Below, one piece after another: positions 8,107 through 17,600 of a stretch of DNA of 37,450 bases; positions within the stretch are counted from its first letter, which is position 1, and each line of letters opens with the position of its first letter. The notes below the pieces were generated by a model. The model was not told the DNA's origin and did not search any database. It saw nothing but the letters and a program-made list of their open reading frames with translations. Origin of the DNA: an uncultured Methanosarcinales archaeon (lineage in GTDB: Archaea > Nanobdellota > Nanobdellia > Woesearchaeales > DATDXC01). Made by a program: the position numbers and the translations under genes. The stretch spans positions 127,949 to 165,398 of the forward strand of contig CAZDZV010000001.1 in the NCBI GenBank assembly GCA_964510025.1, given 5' to 3'.

Positions 8107-9132
8107 ATGCAAAAACTGATACGGAGCAGAAAAGCCCAGGATGTGTCTTATGACCTAATCTCGAATATATGGTCTTTTCTTATGATATTAGTTGTAGCTG
8201 TTGGCCTGGCTGGATTTATCTCTTATTGGGGCTCCCAAAGCACCTACGAAAAAAAATATCTTGCAAGGGACATAGCTCTTCTAGCTGGGGCTGTTTATGC
8301 TTCGCCGCATGATGTTTTTACAGACTATTACTATGAGCAGTATGATTTTACTGCCTCATTCAAGGAAGTAACCAGCACCGGTGAGAAGCTCTATCATGTG
8401 GTATTATCAGATGAAGATGAAGAAAAAGAATGGTACCATTTTGCAAAAAACAACGGCCTGTTATCTGCTGCAGCGGTCGAACTAAATAAAGGTGTGTTCC
8501 TTTCCAAGAAGAAAAGAAATCTGCAGGTAAGTGAAAATAAGTGGCTAAATACTATGGCGCTTGATTGCCCTGATGCAATTGCAGCACAAGGCAGGGTAGT
8601 GATCGATCCAGGACACAGCAAAAATGAAGGATACCAAAAAGGCAAGGTCTCAGAAGGTGAGCTTGTAGGCCAGGTAGGCAGGAACCTCAAGGTTGCTTTT
8701 GGGGAAAAATCATTTTTAACCAGAAGTGAGGAAGGCGCCAGTCAAAGGATTTCAGAACCTGAACAAGTGCTGGAAGAGGGCGACATCATATTAGGCATAC
8801 ATTTAGGGCGCTATGATGAAGGCAACCATCTAAAAGCCTTCTATTCAGCCAACACAGATGAGAACACCAAGCTGAGAAGCAAGAGGCTGGGCTGCTTGAT
8901 CCTAAATAATATCGCTGATCAAGATATGGATTCATATTTTTCTGGAATGTCTGTCATACCAATCTATCCTGAGGATTATGAAAATTCACTTCTGCCGGAA
9001 AATCATGCAGCTATCCTGCTAGAAATAGGAAACATCAATATATTAGCCAATTTGGAAGATGGAGAAATTGCAGACAGGATAAATCTGATTGTGGAAGCTG
9101 TCAAAAAGGGAGTTGATGATTTTGAGAAATAA
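8107..9132 (+). CDS. Class III signal peptide (pilin-like) protein fused to an N-acetylmuramoyl-L-alanine amidase (Amidase_3) domain
   Basis: Start moved to 8107: MQKLIRSRKAQ followed by a hydrophobic helix. The C-terminal ~180 aa has VVIDPGH, SE, LTR, ILGIH and AILLEIGNI, giving Zn ligands H170, E183, H232 and catalytic E306 in Amidase_3 order. Confidence 0.8.
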   Translation: MQKLIRSRKAQDVSYDLISNIWSFLMILVVAVGLAGFISYWGSQSTYEKKYLARDIALLAGAVYASPHDVFTDYYYEQYDFTASFKEVTSTGEKLYHVVLSDEDEEKEWYHFAKNNGLLSAAAVELNKGVFLSKKKRNLQVSENKWLNTMALDCPDAIAAQGRVVIDPGHSKNEGYQKGKVSEGELVGQVGRNLKVAFGEKSFLTRSEEGASQRISEPEQVLEEGDIILGIHLGRYDEGNHLKAFYSANTDENTKLRSKRLGCLILNNIADQDMDSYFSGMSVIPIYPEDYENSLLPENHAAILLEIGNINILANLEDGEIADRINLIVEAVKKGVDDFEK

Positions 9133-9622
9133 AAAGGGATTGGCTTCCCTAGATGTGATGATGAGGGTCATCCATACAATACTTCTGGCCATTGTGCTTT
9201 CCTTTATTCCCATTGTTATATATATGCTGGTCAATGAGGACATCCCTCTGGAGAATTTAAGGTCCGAGATCTTTATTGAAAGAATCCTTTCGAGTCCGGA
9301 TTGCCTTGCATATTTTGATGAGGACACTCAGAGGACATATCCCAATATTGTCAATTTATCTAGATTCAGCGCATCTGTGCTCGATGAATGCATAGATTAT
9401 GGCCATAGGGATTTCATGACTGCGAGATTGAATCTGGTCAATCTGGAAAGCTTAGAGGAACAAGCGATATATTACAATGAAGATAAGTTCAAAGACTGGG
9501 ATATCTATAGTTTTGACAGAAAATATTACTATAAGACAGAGAAGAATAGATACATCCTGGTAAGAGGCGAAGAGGATTTCAGAGCAAGATTGAATGTGGA
9601 GATAATAACTCAAACTGGTTAA
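9116..9622 (+). CDS. Class III signal peptide (pilin-like) protein
   Basis: Start moved to 9116 (GGGAG SD). MILRNKKG|LASLDVMMRVIHTILLAIVLSFIPIVIYML. Confidence 0.75.
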   Translation: MILRNKKGLASLDVMMRVIHTILLAIVLSFIPIVIYMLVNEDIPLENLRSEIFIERILSSPDCLAYFDEDTQRTYPNIVNLSRFSASVLDECIDYGHRDFMTARLNLVNLESLEEQAIYYNEDKFKDWDIYSFDRKYYYKTEKNRYILVRGEEDFRARLNVEIITQTG

Positions 9623-9623
9623 G

Positions 9624-10235
9624 ATGGACAAGAAAGCTGCATGGGGCAATGCTCCGGCGCTCATAGACTGGATTGCATTGGTAATAATTATACTAATCAT
9701 CGTATTTGCCACTGTATTGTTCTCTGTACAAAGGGAAAAGATAGAGAACAGATATAGTGAAGTTTCTGCTACGCAGGACGCAAATTATCTGATAATAAAC
9801 CTATTCAGGACCCGGGCAGGGAATATGAAGATTATAGACCTTGTATCCCTATGGTATCTGGATCCAGAATACAGCCATCAGCTAAAGGAAGAGATATCCA
9901 ATGTGCTAAACAGTTTCTATGGGGGAGAGCTAAGCTGGGTTCTGGAGGCTGGAGATAAGAAGCTTGAGATGGGCAGATCCAGGACAACAATGATCGCTGA
10001 TGTGAATATGATGGTAGCGCTGCGTGAAAATCCAGAGAAGTTGTTTATTCCTGTTACTATAAAGGTATACGTAAATAAAATAGAAGAAGGAAAATGGTGC
10101 TTTAATCCTGCAGCAGAAGCGTGCAGTATTGAGGATGAGCTATGCAAATGCGACAGAGTCAGCTATAAGCTGGTCTGGACAAATTGCATTCAGTGCACTG
10201 GAAAGTGTGATCCTGTAAAACAAAAATGCATATAA
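9624..10235 (+). CDS. Class III signal peptide (pilin-like) protein with a C-terminal 8-Cys module
   Basis: MDKKA|AWGNAPALIDWIALVIIILIIVF. The last ~45 aa contain 8 Cys. Confidence 0.75.
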   Translation: MDKKAAWGNAPALIDWIALVIIILIIVFATVLFSVQREKIENRYSEVSATQDANYLIINLFRTRAGNMKIIDLVSLWYLDPEYSHQLKEEISNVLNSFYGGELSWVLEAGDKKLEMGRSRTTMIADVNMMVALRENPEKLFIPVTIKVYVNKIEEGKWCFNPAAEACSIEDELCKCDRVSYKLVWTNCIQCTGKCDPVKQKCI

Positions 10236-12406
10236 AAAGAAAGGCACAGTTTTTTAGTTTTTTACTAGTTTTTATAGTTGTAGGGGCCTTAGCGGTGTCT
10301 TACGTATATTTCGATAAGAAGAAGAATTCTTTCGATTATGACATAGGCGAAAGGCAGATAGGTCTGCTAAGGACCTATATGGAAACTGAGAAGTCCTTGC
10401 TATATGCAGACCATGCATTTGAAATCTTTAGCAGAAAAGCTTTGTACGACCTAGGCCAGGCTGGCGGGTATTACACAGAACCTGGCTGCGGCAGCGATGA
10501 TGGAACCAATATATGGATCTACAAGGGCAGGATTTGCATACCTGACAAAAGTGTACTAAGGAGAAGCTATTATGCATATCTAAAAGAAAAAGCAAACCTA
10601 TATTTTGGTGACCGGGAAAAGAAAGTCTATGTTAAAGTTGTCAGCAATCCGCTCTTCGGTTCTTCAGAAGTTGAATGGAGCCCGGTGGTATTTGAAGGTC
10701 TGGCTGATATTCTGCTGACGAAACTGCCTGAATACACAGCTGACAATTTTGCCGATAAGGGGCCCATAGATCTGACAGACGAAGAAAAACTGAATGTTAT
10801 TAAAGTAACAGAACTTGAAAATGAAGATTTGCCCACTCTAAAAGATGGCACAGAAAGCAAAATCTCCTGGGAAGTTGAGACAGGGGGCAACAGAGCTGAA
10901 TTCTCGATATTTGAAGAAAAGACACTTAATATTTTCAGAAGCGACAATTATGAATTCTTCTTAGACGACCTGAATGAGGTATATAGGTACACTATAGAGG
11001 ATGAAAGGGCTAAATGGGAGCCCATACAAAATGAGGAACTAAGAAAAAAGCTGCTAGACCTTGCAGATTCGTACCAAGATTTGGCCGAGAAAGACTTAAC
11101 CATAGGGTATAAGGACGGCGGTGTTGAAAAAGAAATAATCATCGAGGAAGTCACTGATGAGCTGTCTATTATCTTAGAGAAGGAGAAACCCGGCATAGTA
11201 TTTTACGGCAAGAGTAACGATATGATAGTCATGTTTGCAGTAGTGGAAGGCCAAAAAATATATGGGATAGCCAGCTCACCTCTAGTAGTCAGCAACTACT
11301 GCAATGAGGAAACACGCGGATGCGGAGCTTACGCTCCCAGACCTAACCTTTTCTCAGCATCAGACACTTTTTCCATTTTTTATGGCACTCAGAAAAAATT
11401 TGCCAGCATTTGGGAAGAATGCAATGGGATGGCTAATTGCATACAAGAGAGAATAGATGATATGGAGAACTGGAATATAGTGAAAAAAGAAGAAGACAGC
11501 ATCAAGATAAAGGTGATTGCACCTGAAGATGAGTATTTTATATATGGAAAAGAAGGGATAGAAAAGATGCCATTGGAAATACATTTTGCAATCGTATTTG
11601 CAGACAACCAAGCGCCGCCGCCAATAGAAAAACTGGAAGTGAGCGACTATTACTTCAATGAAAAGCATGTACTGCTGCAATGGTCTGCAAGCCCTGCTCC
11701 AGATGTTGAGAAATATTTGATATATCATGAAAAAGCCAACAACGAGATATCAGAAATATCCGGGGTTTTGGTAAACGAAGAAATGTACATAGGCAATACA
11801 AAAGAATTTAGTGATGTGCTTGCTGATATTGATATAGAAAATCCTTCTGAAGACCATGGTGTGCCATTGTTTCAGTTCAGTTTCCTGGATGATGCCGGCA
11901 ATCTTGAATACAGGCATCTTCAGATAGAGCCTGAAACCCTATATTATATGGAAAAGGAAAAACAATATATCTATGCCTTGCGTCTGGATGAGGATGATCA
12001 GGATTATGCCTTTGCAGTGACTGCTGTAGATCATGACGGAAATGAGGACAGAAGAATCATCGAATCTGCAGTTGCCTGTTCTATAGATGATATGCCTCCT
12101 GCAACTGTATCAGGGATTGTAATTGACCAAACTAGCATGATCTTATCCTGGAAAAAGCCTATCCTGAACATGGACAATACAGAGATTACGGATCTAGCTG
12201 GCTATCATGTATATGCTAAGGACAGTTATTTTGAGGAAACTGCTCATGATGCGGCCCTGGTAGCAACTGTGAACAGTGAAGAACTTCAAATAGACTCAAC
12301 AGTCCTTACGAAAGGCTCCGAGTATTATTTTATCGTCACTGCATTTGATGATCAGGGAAACCAGTATAAGAAAGGATTAAAACCACTTAAAATAAAAGTC
12401 AACTGA
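10226..12406 (+). CDS. Large class III signal peptide protein with two C-terminal fibronectin type III (FN3) domains (putative adhesin)
   Basis: MHIKRKA|QFFSFLLVFIVVGAL. FN3 signatures LLQWSAS..DVEKYLIY..YAFAVTAVDHDGNE and LSWKKP..DLAGYHVY..YYFIVTAFDDQGN. Confidence 0.8.
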   Translation: MHIKRKAQFFSFLLVFIVVGALAVSYVYFDKKKNSFDYDIGERQIGLLRTYMETEKSLLYADHAFEIFSRKALYDLGQAGGYYTEPGCGSDDGTNIWIYKGRICIPDKSVLRRSYYAYLKEKANLYFGDREKKVYVKVVSNPLFGSSEVEWSPVVFEGLADILLTKLPEYTADNFADKGPIDLTDEEKLNVIKVTELENEDLPTLKDGTESKISWEVETGGNRAEFSIFEEKTLNIFRSDNYEFFLDDLNEVYRYTIEDERAKWEPIQNEELRKKLLDLADSYQDLAEKDLTIGYKDGGVEKEIIIEEVTDELSIILEKEKPGIVFYGKSNDMIVMFAVVEGQKIYGIASSPLVVSNYCNEETRGCGAYAPRPNLFSASDTFSIFYGTQKKFASIWEECNGMANCIQERIDDMENWNIVKKEEDSIKIKVIAPEDEYFIYGKEGIEKMPLEIHFAIVFADNQAPPPIEKLEVSDYYFNEKHVLLQWSASPAPDVEKYLIYHEKANNEISEISGVLVNEEMYIGNTKEFSDVLADIDIENPSEDHGVPLFQFSFLDDAGNLEYRHLQIEPETLYYMEKEKQYIYALRLDEDDQDYAFAVTAVDHDGNEDRRIIESAVACSIDDMPPATVSGIVIDQTSMILSWKKPILNMDNTEITDLAGYHVYAKDSYFEETAHDAALVATVNSEELQIDSTVLTKGSEYYFIVTAFDDQGNQYKKGLKPLKIKVN

Positions 12407-12470
12407 AATCTATTTTGAAAAACACAAATATATATAAATAATATGTATTAGCCAGTTCTAAGGTGGTTAT

Positions 12471-13475
12471 ATGTTCAAGATGCCTTTAACAGATATTATA
12501 CAGAAGATACAGGAAAAATCCAGCCTATCAGAGGCTGAAATAAATTCTAAGATAGATGAGAAACTTGATTTGCTGTCGGGCTTGATATCAAAGGAAGGCG
12601 CTGCCCACATAGTGGCAAATGAGCTGGGGATAAAGCTTTTCGAGCAGACAGGTGGCAAACTGCAAATAAAAAATATCTTAGCAGGGATGAGAGATGTCGA
12701 GACAGTAGGCAAGATCCAAAGAAAGAACAATATCAGCGAGTTTCAAAGAAAGGATGGAAGCCTAGGAAAGGTTGGATCAATATTGATCGCTGATGAGACA
12801 GGCAGCATCCGAGTAGTGCTGTGGGGAGACCAGACAAATATTCTGGAAAAAGCCAAGGAAGGCGATATCGTTAAAGTAATCAGCGGCTATGTGCGGGAAA
12901 ACAGGGGATTTAAAGAGATACATATGAACGACAGAAGCAAGCTGATGATCAATCCCGATGGTGAATCTGTAGGTGAAGTGAAAGCCTCTGCATCTTCTAG
13001 AAAGAACATAAAAGAGCTGACAGAGAACGATATCAATGTTGAGGTATTTGCCACCATTGTCCAAGTATTTGACCTAAGATTCTTTGAAGTATGTCCTAAG
13101 TGCGGCAAAAGGGCGAGGAAAAGAGAGGACAGCTTTGTTTGTGATACACATAACAAGGTCAATCCAAACTATTCCTATGTACTCAACCTAATACTTGACG
13201 ATGGCACTGAAACCATAAGGACTGTTTTTTTCAGAAATAACGTCGACAGTCTTCTGAAGATGGGGCCCGATAATGTGCTGGCTATAAGGGAAAATTCTGA
13301 AGGGTTCGAAAAGATAAAGAATGATCTTCTTGGCGAACAAATCAAGGTCCAAGGGAGAGTCAACAAGAATGAGATGTTTGACAGGCTAGAATTGATGGCA
13401 CGGCAGGTCAATCCAACTCCTGATCCCCAAAAAGAGATAGACAGGATGCAGTCTGCAAGTCAAGATGCTGTCTAG
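12471..13475 (+). CDS. rpa: Archaeal replication protein A (OB folds plus Zn finger)
   Basis: N-terminal GLISKEGAAHIVANELG, two OB folds (IADETGSIRVVLW; LDDGTETIRTVFF) and a CPKC...CDTH zinc finger. AGGTGG SD and a TATA box upstream. Confidence 0.92.
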   Translation: MFKMPLTDIIQKIQEKSSLSEAEINSKIDEKLDLLSGLISKEGAAHIVANELGIKLFEQTGGKLQIKNILAGMRDVETVGKIQRKNNISEFQRKDGSLGKVGSILIADETGSIRVVLWGDQTNILEKAKEGDIVKVISGYVRENRGFKEIHMNDRSKLMINPDGESVGEVKASASSRKNIKELTENDINVEVFATIVQVFDLRFFEVCPKCGKRARKREDSFVCDTHNKVNPNYSYVLNLILDDGTETIRTVFFRNNVDSLLKMGPDNVLAIRENSEGFEKIKNDLLGEQIKVQGRVNKNEMFDRLELMARQVNPTPDPQKEIDRMQSASQDAV

Positions 13476-13917
13476 AACACATCTAGCCTTCAGCCTATTG
13501 ATCATCACGATCCTCACGAAGTTTATGGAGCTGCCTTTCTGGTTTGTGGTCTTTTTCTTTTTGTCTTCATTGATACCTGATATAGACAGGGACAATTCAA
13601 AGACAGGCAGGAAAACATGGCCTGCATCGGTTATCATCAGCATCCTCTTTAAGCACAGGGGGTTTATTCACAGCGTCTTTATACCTGCGGGATTATATTT
13701 CTTATTTTTCCTTTTGGGTCTCAGTGAGATTGCGCTAGGCGTTTCTATGGGCTACTTGTCTCATCTTCTATTGGATGGACTGAGTGTAAAAGGGATAAGG
13801 CCCTTATATCCCCTCACAAACGCAAATTTACGGGGGCCTATCAGAGTAAATTCCTTATCCGAGCATATCCTCTTCCTCATGTCTATCGGTCTGGCAGTTT
13901 TTTTGCTTAAACAATAA
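13465..13917 (+). CDS. Membrane-bound metal-dependent hydrolase (YdjM/DUF457 family)
   Basis: Motifs TH, LIPDID, HRGFIHS, SHLLLD and G-x4-YP with transmembrane helices. Confidence 0.88.
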   Translation: MLSRTHLAFSLLIITILTKFMELPFWFVVFFFLSSLIPDIDRDNSKTGRKTWPASVIISILFKHRGFIHSVFIPAGLYFLFFLLGLSEIALGVSMGYLSHLLLDGLSVKGIRPLYPLTNANLRGPIRVNSLSEHILFLMSIGLAVFLLKQ

Positions 13918-13949
13918 AATATTTAAATAAATCATATTATATCATATAT

Positions 13950-14612
13950 ATGAAAAAAAAGTGGTGGTTATTGATGTTAGGGGCCCTGGCTGTAGCTTTT
14001 GTAATTTATCTGATAATAAACATACTCAGTTCGCCTTATCAAGATTATTCCGCTCAGGAATACAGCGAAGAACCAGCTGACTGGATTGAGATCAATCAGG
14101 ATGTTGTGACAGTAAATGTCACAGAAGCTACTGAAGGAGCAAGCTACATAGATGAAGCAGGTGGGCAACAGTGGCATGATGGGTTTATCGATACTGTCTT
14201 TGGTTTTGATGCTCTCTATAGCGGGCACTATTTCAATGAATACTACATTGAAGGCAATCAGGTTCTCATGCGGATTGGTCCGAACTTAGAGCCTGGAAAT
14301 GGTGTTGTGGAAGCCACTATGTTTGAAAAAATAGAAGACAACAAGGTGACAACTTATATATTCCTTGACCAGGACTGGAAGGACCTTGTAGGTCAGACCA
14401 ACATCGTATGGGGACAGGACTATGAATATTTCAGGGAGTTCGTGTTCAGTGAGATGTCCAAAGGAATTTATATGGACAAGGTTGAGGATAGCAGGGCAAG
14501 ATTTAGCGAAGATTTCTACAGGCATGAAGGCGGGGTTACAGTTGGCAATTTCACTAAAAAGCATATTGAAGACGCCATAACAGAAGGCTTGACTGTTGTG
14601 AGGATTGTCTAA
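13950..14612 (+). CDS. Hypothetical protein with an N-terminal membrane anchor and an acidic extracellular domain
   Basis: 220-aa ORF with one N-terminal transmembrane helix. TATA box TTTAAATA about 20-28 nt upstream. Confidence 0.75.
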   Translation: MKKKWWLLMLGALAVAFVIYLIINILSSPYQDYSAQEYSEEPADWIEINQDVVTVNVTEATEGASYIDEAGGQQWHDGFIDTVFGFDALYSGHYFNEYYIEGNQVLMRIGPNLEPGNGVVEATMFEKIEDNKVTTYIFLDQDWKDLVGQTNIVWGQDYEYFREFVFSEMSKGIYMDKVEDSRARFSEDFYRHEGGVTVGNFTKKHIEDAITEGLTVVRIV

Positions 14613-17600
14613 TTACTGCACAAAGAAGCCTGATGTTCCAGGATATAGGTCCATACTGCTATACTCCGAAGTTTCTTCCTCTTCTTCTTCCTTTATCCCT
14701 TGCAGATCATGGTTGGGCCAGCTTCTCTGGTCTTCTGCCCATTCAATAGCTGCTGCCTCCACCATTGCTTTTGCGGCGAGCGCAATCCTGGGTGCGATGA
14801 TTGCATCACCAGTCATGAATCCTGCAATAGAAGCAACTACCGGGTCCAGAAAAACAGCGCTTGCCATTGCGCCCCAGTATGCTGCCTGAGATGCGGCTGA
14901 TCTTGGACTTGAAAAGCAGTAGTTGAACTCCTCATCCTGATATGGAAACATGTCAGGTATTGCCCTTATAGACTGAGGGGTATACATAAGCGGCTTATCC
15001 CAAAACCTGTCCTTCATTGTAACATCCCAGAATTCTGATTCCGGTTTCTGGCATATTTTTGTAGAATCTGCAACATTAATTATGCCATCAAACTTTTTTT
15101 GCAGCAGATTAGATATTTTTTCATACTCCTTAAAATCCTCTTCTGTGGCCTGTTCATACTGGCCTTTTATCAAAGCGCTGATACCTGCAGCATTCCGTGA
15201 TTTTGCCAGAGCATCTGCCCTTGCCTGATAGAATCTTTTTTTGGCAAAAAGCTCCAGGAAATCGTCATCCCCGAAGTTTTTGTCTGCTTCTATTCTTCTT
15301 AATTCTGGGATAACATAATTGTCGAAGGCCTCAGGAGATGTCCATCGCGGCCTAAAGCCTGAGTAGTGGGGCACCTTCTTCTGCTCCAGATAGATTGGGA
15401 ATATGATGTTTGAGGATTTTGGGTCGATACAGCCTGAGACAAAAGATGACATCTCATCTGGATTGTCAAAGCCGTACCATTTGTAAAATAATGGAATTGT
15501 CTGCACGATGTAAGAGATTTCCTGGCAGTCCTTGACCCTGTACTGCAGATACATTGCAATGTCAGCTGATGTCCACTGGTACTGCCATTGATAATAATTG
15601 GGGTTTTTGTTCTTCTGGCCGGGTGTCCGGTCAAAAGGCACATAATCCATCAGAAACTCAAAAGAAGGGTTCCCCAATACGTTTGCATCCAAGAAGGCGT
15701 GAAAAGCATCAAGCATCGCCCCATTCTTGTGGGCTTTATTGGTTGTGCCAAATTTACCTGTGCGCCATAGCGCTTCCATCTTGCACTCCCACTCCTTCCC
15801 TTTGCAGTCTGGATGGCTATTTACACCTTCCCATGTGCTAATATCTGCATAGTGATGCTGACCGTATTTGAAAGCAAGGCTTTTATAATTTCCAGACTCA
15901 TCCTTATAGCGATAGACCGCCTGGTCCTGTGTTGATTTACCAAGCATCCTGAAGAGCTCTTCTGATGACAGTGCGCTCCTATAAATATTCAACAATGACT
16001 CTTCTGCCTCCAACAGTGCGTTCTGGGTTTCTTCATCATAGCCGGAAAATATGTCTTCGTAGTATGCATCATAGTACTTGGAATTGTCATTGAGCCTTGC
16101 GTCTGCTGTTCTCCTTCTATCCCTGTATTCAGACTCAAGCCGGTCTTCGTATAGTATATCATTGTAGAGTTCTATTGCCTCTGTGCACGCCCCATAATCC
16201 TTGATCCTGGATTTAACTCCGCATTTTTGCAGCTCTACGAGTTCTGCACGTGCATCAGTAATATAGACTGGACCGGATTCTGCAATAAACACATCATCCT
16301 CGAAATGACCTATATCCTCGCATGCGCCCCCATCAGCAACCAGTTGATACTCTGTAGGATTTGAATTTGTATAGTCATATTCGCAACAGTACATAAAAAA
16401 AGATTCGTCATATCCTGGATTGCATTTTTCTGTCGCTTCTCTCGCTTTCTGTAATTTTTCCAGTATCCGGAATTCGGGATGATCTTCAGAACCTGAATTG
16501 TCTTTCATTGTTTCTGCATACCAAAAATAGCCCATATGTGGGATATTTCCATAACTGTCCAGTCCTGTCTTCCCTATAACCCAGCCCCTGCTATCTCTAG
16601 CTAGAAGTGTTGTACCTGTCCATAGGTAAGTATAGCCTGGCTTATTATATTTGCCGTTCTCATCTACATAATTCTCATATTTGGGCATTGGTGCCCATAG
16701 TCCCAGCGCTGAATTATATCTCCACATGTCCTTTTTTGCGTCTAAAGCAAGAATGTCTCCATTATCCAGCTTGTATTTCCAGCCAGGATAACCTTTAACG
16801 TCCTCTGCGTCTATCCATTGCCACTGAAATTTATCATAGAATTCCTCTTCCTCATAGGGGCTGCTGGCGTATCTTCCTAAATTACGGTCATAAAAATCAG
16901 CCTTATACCTTCTAATATTTTCCGTCAATATATCTATCTGCGCATTATGTATCTCCTGATCCACAGATGAAGTCTGGGTCTTTCTATTTAACTTTCCGAG
17001 GTACCAAGAATAAGGCATCCTGGCATCTTTATGGAAATCTGCGCTTGCTGGATTTTGCTCACGACCGATAAAATACCCTTCTGAATCCCTCTTAATCCAG
17101 TCTTTTCCCGTCCAATGATATCTGTATTGAGGTTCGTATCTGAAGGGAAACCTCTGCCAGACATTCAGAAATGAGTTGTGCATCCATAGCTCCTTATTTT
17201 CGTCTAATCCAATAAGTGCCCCACTATCAAGCTTGTATTGCCAGTCTGGATTCCCATTCACATCGCTACCATCAACCCAATCCCAGTTTTCCCTAAAATA
17301 TATTCCTTCTTCCTCGTAGGGGCTAACATAGAAATCAGTAGGCATGCCTGAAGGGTCATTTCCAGACATTTCCTTTTTTTTCTTTTCAATATCTTGCTTC
17401 AAGGTCTGGATTTTCTTAACAGCAGCCAATTCATCGATTGTGTAGTCTACTGTGGAGGACTTTACAGGTACAGGCCCCTGCCCGAAGTCCCATATGTCAT
17501 ACTGGCTTACATCCTTAGCCAGCCTGCATTCGGAATTTTCCATCTTAAGATAGAGGTCTGTCTTGCATGGGCTTACGAGGTGAAACCTTTTTGGTGATTG

